Shown here piece after piece: positions 33,101-46,124 of a stretch of 64,000 bases of DNA. Where the stretch lies: NCBI GenBank assembly GCA_973895155.1, contig OZ316894.1, positions 22,353,867 through 22,417,866 of the forward strand, written 5' to 3'. The position numbers were made by a program, and so were the translations under genes. Positions within the stretch are counted from its first letter, which is position 1, and every line of letters starts with the position of its first letter. This stretch comes from Marsupella aquatica (taxonomy: Eukaryota; Plantae; Marchantiophyta). The notes beneath the pieces were generated by a model. It made no database searches and was not told the origin of the DNA. It saw nothing but the letters and a program-made list of their open reading frames with translations.

Positions 33101-33712
33101 AGTTGGGTCTAGGGTTCTAGAGTGAACGTCTAAACAGTTACCCCTAGGTCCTAAATCTATGTCCCTGGAGAGAAGGCTGGGATATTATGTATCTCAAAAA
33201 ATATGAGCATCCATGATGATTTATGTCATGATGTCAATTCATATTCAAAGAATGGGCATGCAGGCTAGTATCTAAAAGTGGCTTTCAAAGACTGAGCCTC
33301 TTGACTTTGCATTGTGTGTCCATGTTTTGTCACTATTTGTTCTTTAGGGTTTTCAGCATTTATACATTTAAATCCCAACTACTTGTATAAGAATATATAT
33401 CAAACTGCCAAAAAGCAAGGGGCGGGGGAACAGGGAGACATGATCCCACATGCCAAAAACCCAATCAAGGGAGTACAAGAAAAAAACCAAGAAACCAAAA
33501 AGAGTACCAGGCACAAGCCCAGCACAAGGAAAAAAATACACACAAACTTAAAGTCTACCTATCAGCAAATTGAAGAGCCTGGTAAATAAGAGCTAGGTAG
33601 TTTTCATCATGCAGTGCACACTATTCAGTTTCACCAAGAATGTACTTAGGCTCCACTTTTTATGGTTAGGATAGTGTTTGTCAGGGCCAAGAATGAGCAA
33701 TGACCAGCATGG

Positions 33713-34305
33713 AATGGGGCCCGTGTAAGGGTGGCTTTGCAACACATGCGGGTAGTTTCACTTCTTTTTCTATTAAACCTAATCTCTCAGCCATTACACA
33801 TAGTAAAGATAGTGTAACATGGGCTAAAAGAGTTTTTGGAATTGCATGGCCTCCAACCACATGCAAAGTGATCACATCGTGGGGACCAGAAAAGAACTGA
33901 AACTGCCCCAACCTCTTGGAAAGCCACTACTAAGTGGCCCTTTAGATTTCCTATGGATTGTTTATCATTTATTTCGTTGTAAACCTCAACTGAATGGGGC
34001 CCTCTCACATGGGCAGGTATGCTTTAAGGGTGGCTTTACAATAACTGCGGCTGGTTTCACTTCTGTTTCTTCACTTCTGTTTCTATTAATGCTAATATCT
34101 CAGCCATTACACATAGTGAAGATAGTGCAACAGGGGCTAAAAGAGTTTTTGGAATTTCATGGCCCCAACCACACGCAAAGTGATCACATCGAGGGGACCA
34201 GAAAATAACTGAAACTGCCCCAACCTCTTGGAAAGCCACCCCTAAGTGGCCCCTCAGATTTCCTATGCTTTGTTTACCATTTCTATCGTTGTAAACCTCA
34301 ACTGA
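33713..34305. repeat. Diverged tandem duplication, 2 x ~290-310 bp
   Basis: Shared blocks CTCAGCCATTACACATAGT, GAAACTGCCCCAACCTCTTGGAAAGCCAC and CGTTGTAAACCTCAACTGAA each occur twice. Confidence 0.85.
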
Positions 34306-34764
34306 AGCCCATACTGCCTTTATTCCTTCACAGCTTTTTCCAACAAAACAAATGCTTCCAGAAAGAAGTCTAGGCTCGTATCAGAATGGGCCGAGGTCAG
34401 AGTGGGAGCGAGCCAGAGTTCAGGGAATTGGGCTCCCAGAAATTGGCCACTTTACTGATAAGCGAGTTTATTGTGCTTACCGATTTGTTGTGCTTTCAGG
34501 ATTCTGTGGTTGGATTGGCTTTCTCCACTTTCGCTACTCTGTGACGGGATTCTCTTCCGACATAGAACGGAGGTGTAGGTTTCAGGGCAAGGATCCTACA
34601 GAAGCTCGAGAAGTGCCGTGCAGTTTAGAAGAATTGTTGACAACTTTGAAAGAGTGTGCAAGTTAGTGTAGATTGCTTTCTCAGGTAGCAAGAACAGCGG
34701 CTTTAGAAGAGCTGTGATCACGCAGAGTTCCGAGGTACAGCTCCGACGCATTTTGCTATTCGCC

Positions 34765-37586
34765 ATGGGAGGATTGGAATCACATCGTTGCTTCTTGGGT
34801 TTACTGCTGCTCTGTAGCTGCATGGTGCAGGTTGCAACTTGTGCGTCGCTTGCGGATAATCCGGCTATCCAGAGATTTCGTGAGTATCTGCGGATCCCGA
34901 CCGTGCAACCCGACCCAGACTATGCACCCGCCATCAAATTTCTTCAGGGACAAGCTGAGGATATCGGCTTAGCTGCCACAGTGTTCGAATTCTTCGAGAA
35001 GAAGCCCATCATGGTGATGACCTGGGAGGGATCCAAACCCTCCCTGCAATCTATTTTGTTGAACTCTCACATGGACGTGGTACAGGTGGATCTCGAGAAG
35101 TGGAATTATGACCCTTTTGCAGCGTACATGGACGAGGAAGGAAACATTTTTGCTAGGGGAACTCAGGATATGAAGGGCCAGGGAATGCATTACCTGGAGG
35201 CCATCCGGATTCTCAAACAGAATGGGTTCCTGCCCGTGAGGACCATTCATGTTGTGTACGTGCCAGACGAAGAAGTAGGAGGAGAAGCTGGATGGGCAGC
35301 ATTCATCGAGTCCGCTGAATTTGCAAGTTTAAACGTTGGCATTGCTATGGATGAAGGTCCGTGCACATAGATATTGCCTACGAGACTCATTATCCTTCGT
35401 TCTCCCTTATTTGCATCATTTAAGCTTTATGAAAGTATGTGATATTAGGAAGTTAGGGATGGGGATCTCTTTCGACAGTGAAACTTGAAAATCGAACAAA
35501 TTCCAAGAGCGCCTGAGCCAGCTATGATCAGTGACTCGGGAGCACTGAGATGAAGGAACCACAGAAAACTGAATCAGGGCAAAGATTAAATTTCAAGCTC
35601 TGTTTCCGCAGATTTGTTGACTCGAAAAATTAAAGGGACCCGAAAAAGTGAATGAATTTCAAAATGTGCTGACGCCTGTAAAGGGCAGCGGACAAACTGA
35701 ATTGATGCTAATGCTATACAGCATTTCTGCATCCATATGGGACACTTTAAACTGGTAAAAAGTAGGCAAGTAGTAAACATTGAGCCTCGGACCTTGTTGT
35801 CGTACTCCTCCTTTCATACTTTCTTTTTAAAAACTTCGTAACTGTCCAAGCTGTTGAGCAGACGAGCTTCACTTTTTGCAAGGCACTTTCCTTATACCCT
35901 CGCATCATGGAGTCATGTAGCTGGGTTTTCCGCGCATTCCTCTTCTTGTCAGCCCTCAAGCTGTGTGGCCTTCCTAGCTCTAAAAATTGAGTAGTTTGGG
36001 ATGTTGATGTAGAATTTACCTCTGAGGTGGTGAGGGATCGTATATATATGTCTACTCGTTTTGGAAGGCCTTCTGTCTACTGTATGCCCTCTGTTTTCTA
36101 CATGTGCCTAGAAAGCGATAAGAGAACCCTTCAGAGTAATTGCAGCAATTTCAGGTCCTCATTGTGTGATCTGACTTATGACTTGTGCAATGCGGATGAA
36201 GGTATCATTGCGACTGACAACAGTTCTTATTATGCAACATGGGCTGAGAAGTCTCCATGGTGGTTGGTGATCAAGGCTGCCGGCCCCACAGGTCATGGAT
36301 CGCTCTTTTTTGACGGCAGTGCTCTGGAGAATCTGTTCAAGAGCGTTGAGTCCATAAGTCGCTTCAGAGAGTCGCAGATGCTTCTTGTCAAAGCAGGGGC
36401 AGCGCTTGGAGACGTTGTGACCGTAAACGGAGTGTTCCTCCAAGCTGGCTTGGCAACAAATACGGTGAGACTGAATCATCAGAAACCTAATGGTCTGTCC
36501 CCATATCATTCCCCAACTTCGAAATTCACCAAAACCGTCTGGTTGTGAAATATGTGCAGGGATTCACAATGAATATCCAGCCAGCTGAAGCAGAGGCAGG
36601 CTTTGATATCCGAGTCCCACCATATGCAGATGTGGCTGCAGCTTTGGACCGCCGGATTTCTGAAGAATGGGCACCCGCTTCGCGCAACTTGACGTTTTGG
36701 GTAAGTTAATCAACACACCATAGACTTTCATGAAACTTAATCATTGAGGCCAGGGCACTTCAGACCATGGCATTCTTATTTGAACATTGGAAATCCTTCA
36801 CTTGCAGCCCCTGCACTCAACCGATACATATTCAGTATCATATTGTTTCAGGGTCTCACCTCTAAACCTTCGGTATTTCGTCCCAGATGAGTGACTGGTT
36901 GGGTTCACCTGCAGTATGAACAGAAATTTGAAACGGAAGATGGTCAGCCTCCTGTTACAAAAACTGACAACTCAAATCCCTGGTGGGTTCTTCTCAAAGA
37001 ATCATTGGGGAAGTTCAATGGCGGTATCATTCCTGAAATTTGTACTGCATCAACAGACATGCGTTTTGTGAGAATGAAAGGAATCGCAGCATTTGGGTTC
37101 TCGACTATTCAGGACACTCCAACTTTGGTTCATGATCACAATGAGGTGGGTAGCGTCATCTTCTAACAAGGCCTAATTTTGTTTCCTTGTATGAAATGCG
37201 TTACATTGAAGTTTTTAGCTTCTACCGCGAGAAGACATTATTGCAGCTAATACTCATTCTCATGTTCTGGGTCTGGTTTGAAAGCATTTTCCGAGTGGAA
37301 TCTAAATGGATAATTTCTAATGAATCACTTACCTGCATTAACCTGCATGCTAAACTAGAGCAGATACATGAAATTTGATATATCGAGTTTGTCGTATGAT
37401 CTTGGTTGTCGGGCCACTTTCTGTCCTTTGCTAACTTGTCATCTTGGTTTTCTGTGACAGTTTGTAAATGGATGGGTCTGGCTGAAGGGTATCCCTGTTT
37501 ATGCCAAGGTAATTGAATCATACGCCAGTTTGTCGGACACAGTTACGCTAGGAGACAGACCGGACTTGCATAAGGATACTCAGTGA
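34765..37586 (+). CDS. ACY1: Aminoacylase-1 (M20A peptidase); exons 34765..35356, 36202..36464, 36560..36700, 36915..37145, 37461..37586
   Basis: Signal-peptide-like N-terminus; RFREYLRIPTVQPDPDY, LLNSHMDVV, ARGTQDMK, VPDEEVGG, DEG, GHGS, AEAGFDIRVPP, TDMRFVR, HDHNE. All introns are GT-AG and in phase. Confidence 0.93.
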
Positions 37587-38277
37587 ATGAACATGCAAGC
37601 GCCTGCTGGATTACCCTGTGCCGATATTCAAAATCCCGCCTGGCACATTTTTGGAAACCTCAATGAGCAGTCATACCAGCTAGTGTTGCTCAGATGTGAG
37701 CTCAGCTAAAATGTCTTGATAAGGCAATTTACATAGAGCAGTATGTTAGCATATGGTCGCTCTGGCTTTAGCTATCAACGTGACCAGGAGTCTGTTGAGA
37801 GGAAACGTATTAGTCTACAGACACAGAGTATGTGAAGTGGAAGGCCAAATCCAATGTTATCTTGTTAGTCGAATTATATGCTATCATTATCGCCGACCAC
37901 AGGAGATGACTAAGGTCCTTGTTCGTGCCAAACCCAAAACAGTGGAAAGGGTTTTGTGATAATGATTGCCACAGCACTTGCAATTTAAAAACCAGAGTGG
38001 TGCGGGGACTTGTAATATCACGAACAGCAGCGTTTTGAGTTTATCTTACTAATCATCAGTGAAGATTGCCTCCCTTTTCGCATTTCACGGGAGTCTCTAC
38101 TAGATTTACTATTACCCGTAACCAATTGAACAGCTGTAAAAGCATCCATTTGTAGTCTATCGCTGGCCACGCAGAAATGTTGTGAAACAACTGAAACGCA
38201 AAACTGTACACAACCGGCCCACACCTATTTCAAACGAAGCCCGTAGTCAGAGTCATCGTGCATTCTCTATCATGGCC

Positions 38278-39303
38278 TTAGTGATTTGCACTGTCGCCAA
38301 GCTTCTCCTCCTCCTTACATTGGTGTCCAATGCCTCGAGGCTTCTCCTCCTGCTTACACAGCGATACCTGAGTAAGCTGTACCGACGCAGAGTCTGGCTC
38401 TGAACAGTAAGTTTCCAATGCTGCAATAATCGCAGACTTCATTTTCTCCCGTACGTTGCAAAGTCGATCACCAAGAGAAGAGTTCAGATTCTCCATCTCT
38501 CGTTCATGCATGGCGATCAATCCGGCTATCTTTGTATTTCGCTCCCCCAAGGCATGTTTTAAACCTGCAATCTCGATGTCTTTCGCTGTATTTTGCTGCA
38601 GCAAGGCATCCTTCAGGTCTTCAGTCCCTCTAGTGAGCTTAGTTGTCAAGTCCTCCCTCTCTCTCTTGTTCTTCAGCAAGTCATCTTGCATTTCTCTCAT
38701 TTCGTTCTTGAGCCTCAAATTGGTTCTCTCAGTTTTTGCAAACATCTCCTTCCAAATAGCACAATACCGTTGTGCCTCCAGTTTCTGGGCATCTACTCTT
38801 TCCCTCATGTCATTATAAAGGCGGAAACAGGTCTCCCGATCCTGCACCTGTGCCAGATCCGTAAGGCTCTCCTCTGCTGTCCTCTTCCCCTTGCCCTTTG
38901 CAGACACGCCCACGTCATTGTGCACAATCGATTCTTGGGTGGGCGAGAATTCCAACTTTACTGGAAGCGGCAGTGAGTCCTGGTTCGGAGTCCATGGTGC
39001 AACTGCTTGAAGCTTTGAGGGTGCAGTATAGGGCCCTACATGACGACGAGCTGCTCTCTTGCGGCCTAAACTCCTCACTCCCGGAATACTGAGAACGTAA
39101 TCCTCCTCCATGCTCATGGGACTATCCCTCTCAGGCGAGGAATCAAGGTCGATGCAACCTGGAGGACCCACTCTCTCGGCCAATGGGGCAACATCTTCAT
39201 GAGGAAGACCTTGACAAGCAATCTCAGCTGAATTCGGTCTCGGTTGTTTCTGCCTGGAGCCAAGAAATTGCCTAAATTTGTCAGATTTGCCGTAACTCAA
39301 CAA
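38278..39303 (-). CDS. Unknown protein with C-terminal coiled coil; true 5' end uncertain
   Basis: 341 open codons, with a disordered S/P/K-rich first half and a heptad-rich second half. No motif recognised. Confidence 0.5.
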   Translation of the reverse strand: MLSYGKSDKFRQFLGSRQKQPRPNSAEIACQGLPHEDVAPLAERVGPPGCIDLDSSPERDSPMSMEEDYVLSIPGVRSLGRKRAARRHVGPYTAPSKLQAVAPWTPNQDSLPLPVKLEFSPTQESIVHNDVGVSAKGKGKRTAEESLTDLAQVQDRETCFRLYNDMRERVDAQKLEAQRYCAIWKEMFAKTERTNLRLKNEMREMQDDLLKNKREREDLTTKLTRGTEDLKDALLQQNTAKDIEIAGLKHALGERNTKIAGLIAMHEREMENLNSSLGDRLCNVREKMKSAIIAALETYCSEPDSASVQLTQVSLCKQEEKPRGIGHQCKEEEKLGDSANH

Positions 39304-39480
39304 ACGAAGGTTATATCAACTGCATGCAGAGCGATGATACTCGTCACGAAATTTCTACGAAAAAGAATCGCCTTAGCAAATTCACGAATCCCCCCAACTG
39401 CGATGACTGCTCCTTAACAAACCGTGCTATTTATGACACAGTAATGCCAGTGGAATAAATACTTGGTGACATGAAAGCAT

Positions 39481-39655
39481 AACGATTCCCCCGAAATAGA
39501 GGTAAGATAGAGACAACGTGGCGAGAATCGCTTGTGTACTTTGTGACCAACCCTAGTGACAATTTAAACGATTCCCCCAAAATTGAGGTAAGATATAAAC
39601 AGAACATGGCATGAATCGATTGTGTACTTTGTCACCACCCTAGTGACAATTTAAA
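39481..39655. repeat. Tandem duplication 2 x ~87 bp
   Basis: AACGATTCCCCC..GAGGTAAGATA..TTGTGTACTTTGT..CCCTAGTGACAATTTAAA twice. Confidence 0.85.
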
Positions 39656-42600
39656 TGGCAGCTGTTTAAAGACATTCACTTCACAGAGAGATTGATTCGT
39701 CATACATTGATCGAAGCTGGGGGCGCAGGTCTTCAGTACATGTACACCGAGAGCTTTGCCCTTGACTCGACCTCCACGGAGAAAGCGTCGGAACTCAGGC
39801 TGCTCGAAGCTCCTGACGTACTGCAGACCTTAGCCAAAGAATCAAGGGGCTCTCCGTTAGTGAGACGTCACTACGGAGCTGACATCTGCATTGTTATCTG
39901 GACTGCACCTTCTCTTCTGTGACTCCTGCGTGACCAGTAGACCTACCTTCTGGACGGCCACAGCAGAAGGACATGATTTTCTCAAATGCGCAACGTTTCG
40001 CAAGGAAGAATGAAGGCTAGCACGATGGTCCTGGGCATTGGGGAATTCAGACATTCCCCCGATCAAGTCTGTCCCCATCGTGACGTACAAGTTGTACGCC
40101 AAGATTTCGTTGAAACAGAATTGCTGAATTACGACCAGGTATTCTGCCGTGACTGTCAACGTTTGTTCATAACGTCCATTATGGGATTTCGGCGCTCCTC
40201 AGGTCGTCTACTTATTAGCATCCTACGGGGCTGTCCAGTACTGTACCGCCCCACTACCAGACAACGACATCTGAGAGGTCTGTTGGCGTTCAATTCAATT
40301 TGAGAGGGAGAAGAATAATTGGGGAAGCTCTGATGTGCTCACAGTCAGACGTCTAGATTGAGGGATGAATATTGACTATTGATCCACAGAAATTGAGGCC
40401 CAGAATTACAATTGATCAACACAATTATTGGACCTTCGATGGGTTTGTGAGTCTATGATCTAGAGCTGCATTGGGAATTAATGAAGTATTGCTGCCGCAG
40501 GAATACAATTGAGTCGAGCTGATATGAAGGTGGTGTCCTTGTACAGCTTCTCTACAGCATGCACCCAGATAAATCTTGATAGCGGCCTCCAATCAAATCC
40601 ATTCCAAGACTTCCAAACAGAAGCTTCTTTGTTGGTCCGGGACTTCGAAACAAACTTGCACAGAAATAATTTCCCGAGCCGCTTAACGGTCCCCGTTGCC
40701 AGCTAACGATTTCTCGTTACTGGAGCAGACATTCGGGGAGCTAGATGCAATCATGTTGCTCAGAGGGGACGAGACCAGAGCACTTCTTGGCACATATATA
40801 TATAGACAGTTAAGGTACCTAAGTTCATTCGTGGGAGGGATTTCGTTCCTTTCGCTTCAGAAATGATTCTGCACCCTCTTAATTTCTCAATGCCACCCAT
40901 TGGGCAGATGACGCGCCAAAGTGAGGCTGAATTGAATTGATGCAACTGGATTATGATCCATAATTGCGGTTGCGGTTTCCTTCCGTTCGTCGTTTTCTCC
41001 GGATTCGATCCTAGGTTTTGGTGATGTGAACATCTCCACCCGAAATCAGGAATTGGAAGTTCAAGGTGGGGCAAACATCACAGGAAAGTCAAATGAAACA
41101 TCGCAGTGAAGTCCTACGACGAGCTTGGCGGAAAGGCCCCAATTTTCACCCGCAGAACGAGATTCTACTCTTCCAGTATTTTTGCTGATGCGAAGCTTAA
41201 CATGCTGTAATGAACTTCATTTCTTTCTGGAGCCCTGCAGGGCACGGCGGTACTGCTCTGAGGTTGTGAACAATGCATCGGTCGACAAAAAGTGGGTGAA
41301 AGGAGATTTAGAACCAGAATTTTGACACATTGGATCTTCATGCAATCGTCAAGGGTAATAATCGGTCGTAGTTGGCCAAAGTTTGGCAATCGGTCATCCT
41401 TGTGATTCGGGTTAACCAAAAGGTTTCCAGGTTTTTGTTTCCACGAACATGACAATGAAGTTTGACAGCCAGACCTTTCCGAGTCGCATCAGTTTTTTGT
41501 TACCCTTTGAGTCAGAAAAGTATGCTTCCTACAATAACAATGCTTCGAACATGGACGTGGGAAAGCTCATTTGGCCATGCGACAACAAAAGCAAATGCAT
41601 CGCAACAGCACTTGACAGGCGATGATGTGGGGACGTAGTGTCAGCATGTAGCTGCCGCACGAGTAGCTGTCACGCAACAGAGGTTCATCATACTACCTTT
41701 TCAAGGACTGTTGTTTTCAAGGAATAACCAGCCAGACATACCCGCACCCTACACTGCAGAACAATACAGCTTCTGCGTGCGAAAACTGCAATTTCGCAAT
41801 GGCTGTGACCTCCTGCAGAGAGCCGCTCCTGTAGGTATCTATTATTTTCGAATGAAATGAACAACACCTAATCAGCTATGAATGGCGATAATATTAACAG
41901 TCTATCTGCGGTCAATTCATGGGAGGGACTAGTTTCATAGTCAACTTTCACAGTCATGATATCCATGACTTTGATGTGTGTAGTTATGAAATCCATTCAG
42001 TAGAAAACATTCTGGCAAGTCTGCCACCCGTCTCCCGGTAACAACCTAGCCACGATTTTGTGAAGGTCAAATGTAAAATCGTTCTATGTACGAACACCTT
42101 GAGAAGACTGCGCAGAAGTACAAGCGAAGTCGACGGAAATACTCGGGAAAATCAGAACAAGCGACATAAGTCTTCGACCGATGCGCTACGTCAAAATTGT
42201 ATTCGCTGATGACAGTGAACGGGTTTCGTCGGATAGAAGGGATCTGATGCTCACCTGGCGCAGAGCCATCAATCAACTATATTGGTGATGGCAATCCCAG
42301 GCGGTAAAGCAGCTGGATTTCCTGCAAGCCCTGCGAGTAAAGTTCATTTGCTCTCTGGGACTTTCTATCAAAGCTCTCTATTCCATACAGAGACCGTAGT
42401 GGCGATCTGCGTAGGAGGCACAAACTGGAAAAACCGTAACTCGTTTCTTCATCATGACTTCGGCGAGAAATTGAGTAAAATTTTGCTAGTGATTGCAGTG
42501 GGGGACAAAGTTATTCGAGGAGAATGGAAACGTGATTGCATGTCTTGTATGCTCGTACAAAGAGCTCAGATGAATCTCATGCTTTAGCGTGGGGCTTGTG

Positions 42601-42786
42601 ACGTTCAATCATTCCCTAATAGAATTTCTATGAGGGACCTTCAAGAACCTTTTCATCGCTGTACCTACATAGGGAGAATGGAACATACACCTTGTCTTGC
42701 TCGACAACCCCGCCACTAAATGATGCCTTCACAGAACTGGATCCAGTATCCCGGCATAGGGTGGGGTTCTCTGGCTATGGCAACGA

Positions 42787-43090
42787 CAGCGACTGTGGTT
42801 TAGCGAGGCTGCAAATGCAGACTATACCATAGGCAGCTGACAGAGGTGCACTAGGTTTGAGCTGTATGAAATTCAAACTCAACTGCTTTCAGCGACTGTG
42901 GTTTAGAGAGGCTGCAAAGGTAGACTATACTTCATGCAGCTGACAGAGGGGCACTAGGATTGGGCTGTCCTGTAATTCAGACTCAACTGCTTTCAGCGAC
43001 TGTGGTTTAGAAGGTGGACCATACTTTAGGCAGCTGATAGTGGTGCACTAGGTTTGGGCTGTACTGAAAATCAAACCTCAACTGCCTTCA
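42787..43090. repeat. Tandem repeat 3 x ~103 bp
   Basis: CAGCGACTGTGGTTTAG at 42787, 42890 and 42994, each unit ending CTCAACTGC. Confidence 0.9.
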
Positions 43091-46044
43091 CATGAAAGTG
43101 GGTGGTTTCAAGGTTGAAATTAGGGATTTAGGATTGAGGTGTAGGGCTTCGAGTACCTGCTATCAGAGTAACTCTAGCTGGTGTCCAACGAACCGACTTC
43201 TGAATCGAACTTATTCAAAGTTTAGGAGTCCAAATGACAGGTCGTCCATCATGACTGCACTCTATATTCCTTCGTGACCAACTGTCTTGCGAATCGCTTG
43301 CTGATCAACCAGCAAGTGCAGCATGGGTGGCCGATGAAGCATGGGCTCCCCCATGGGCCGCCCATACTTCGTCTTTCAGGGGAACAGTGAATTACAGTAA
43401 ACATCTAACCCCTTCTTCTGATTGCATGTTCAAGTTAGAATCCCAAGAACTTGGAGCTATTCTCTATCGTCATAACGCACATGGGCAGTTAGTGACTGTT
43501 GTGAAGCTAGGCAAAGTGGGTACTCGCTTACTTTTCAAAGGATAACCATAGGCAAGCTTTTCGTTTTCTGTTTTTTTCGTGGGCACAAACTTTAGGATCC
43601 ATACCCAAGCCGGGCAAATAAGATACTGCCGTCAACTGTAGATATTGAGTTCTGCCTTAAAAGATTTCACTGAACTCCATTCATTGAAACAACGGTACTG
43701 TAGATTTTAGTCATTAACGATCTGGCTTGGACTATTGCTCTGTATACCCTTCATAATCCTTTAGATACCGAGAATCTTCATCCATACACATCTGTCACAC
43801 GTACTGCAGGAGATGGAAATGTATGTAACACCAATTATTATCTTAACACCGAACTGAAAAGGTGGTGACATGGTCGGGAATCAACGGACGTTCATGTAAG
43901 AGACACACACAGGCCTCCACAGGTCCCCACTCACTGACAATCTCTCGACATTTCTACACAACACTGTTGCTTACTGGAGCACTGCACTGTACTCCGCTAC
44001 TGTACACACACGGTGGCAGTATTGTACTCGAAGGGGATATTACAGTCTTCCTAGCCCACCGTAATATTCATTTGCCCTGCAACCAATATATATTCACCTT
44101 TCCAATCATCCACGAACATCAGCTAAAGTAGACGACGTTCTCCAGCTGACATTCCAAAAGCTGCAGATTATTGTCGATTCCTGCAACTGAGGCTTTCCCA
44201 TTATATTCATATGTAGACTGCCAGTTCACCATCCAAAGGGTCAGTTAGAGTACACAACAGTTCTTTATGCTAGAATTTGCATGGGAACCCAAAAAGCTCG
44301 AAGCTCCTGTGCCTGTCGGTGTGCCGTCTCAGCCCATCGACTCCGATCCCCGTGCAGAACCTCTCAGAAATCAGAATGCAGACGATCGATTCCGAATTCT
44401 GCAATCCGTATGCCACCATTACCGACGCGCAGGTAGAGCCGTGGTGTGCCCGGCAAATCCCAGAACTCAGCAGGATTCTGATTTCTTTCCACGAACCTTT
44501 GTTTCTCTCAAACAGTTCTGCGAAGATCACCATAACTGCTGCGAAGATATTTTCGAGAAGTTTCGCTCTCGCTTTCGCTGAATTTCGAATTTCGAGAGCG
44601 AACAGAAGCTCCATTCACGAATTCCCAGGAGTGACAGTGAATTAGATCTTGGCTGTAAATCGAGGACCCCCCGAAAAAGAGTCGGGGCTCCCCTTTGTTC
44701 CAGAACGCATGGAACCCTACCATATCGGATCCGTCCATCCATCCATCCAAGCTACGCATCCGTCCACATCCCGGATCCCGCCACGCCGCCACCTCCATCA
44801 TCGATCTACGGTGTAATCATGACGTTTCTCTTCCGACATGAATCCACCCATTCCGAATCCGCCGACATGACTGTCTGTCACCGGTAGGGCCCGCCAGCGA
44901 AACAAAGTACGGTACCGTACTGGGTTCCCGCAGAACTAATGAACGGGTGCCAGACGTTACTAACTGCTAACCACGCCTGGAACTACAGTTCCTTTGGAAT
45001 GATCTCGGCAGTCCATTCTCCGGAATCGAGGATATGAACCGTCGATGATGTCGAGAGAGAACACCGGTTCTGTCCCCTACGACGGTGGGAACAGGAAACC
45101 CTCCGCGATCAGGTTCGTAATTCTCCGCCTCGGGAACCGAGCGTGCATTGGCAGGCTCGAGTCAGGGTTTTGTTTTTCCCGGCAAATATTCACCAAACTG
45201 ACCAAAGCCGAAGCTATTACTGTTTCCATAGGGACCAGCTTTTTTATTTTTTTCAGAAGCGGAAATTCGCCACACATTTCACCTCACTCGAAACTCTTGA
45301 CCACATGTTGTGGGTTTTGACTTTTTAGGGACCGGCCAGTTACTCCCCTTTTTTATTGGGGTTTCACTTTTCTCATAATTAAAGTGCTCCACCGACTCTT
45401 TATTGGATCTTTTTGTCGTCGAAATCCTGATCCTGTCTCCCTGTATGGTATAAAGCTTTTTGTTCTTTTGCAGGTATGTACTTTGGCTAAAATTTGTCAG
45501 CTCTTTTTGTCTCAGATTAGCCGGCTTAATCCTCCTAGACAGATTCCATTAGCATGAATCTACACTATTCACTCTCTTATGTCACAAATAGTGTTTCGCT
45601 CAATTAGTGTTAGTAAATCTAAATAAAATGAAGAGGTGTTTGACAAGAAAATAACCGTAATTGTGTATCATTTGTAACCTTAAATAGTATTTGTGGAGAA
45701 AAGATTTATGAACTCATTTTGCCCATTAAAGAATAGTGGTGTATTGATTTGCTCTGTTGATTGACTCATCCATTTTGCAATGGGGAATTCACAATTATGT
45801 TGTTTTTCCATAACCCTAGAATGTAAATAGTGTCACTCCAAAATTAACATTGGTAAAGGCTAAATCTTGAGAGATTCAAATCTCAAACAGTCACCCAAAT
45901 AGAATTAATAAGACTAATCACAGTGAAGAGTGAAGTGGTTATCCTTGATTTACCTAGCCAGACAAATATGACCACTTTGGCTAAAGTTTACCACCTTTTC
46001 GTCTTAGGTTAGCCAGTTTAGCACCTAGTCACATAGCTCATTAG

Positions 46045-46124
46045 CACATTCTGCCTCTTACTATTAAATCTGGGGAGATATAACCACATTCTGCCTCTTA
46101 CTATTAAATCTGGGGAGATATAAC
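46045..46124. repeat. Perfect tandem duplication 2 x 40 bp
   Basis: CACATTCTGCCTCTTACTATTAAATCTGGGGAGATATAAC twice. Confidence 0.95.

Noticed and set aside
39692-45330. Many short ORFs
   Set aside because: No recognisable motifs or consistent exon chain; may be UTR, intron or pseudogene sequence.
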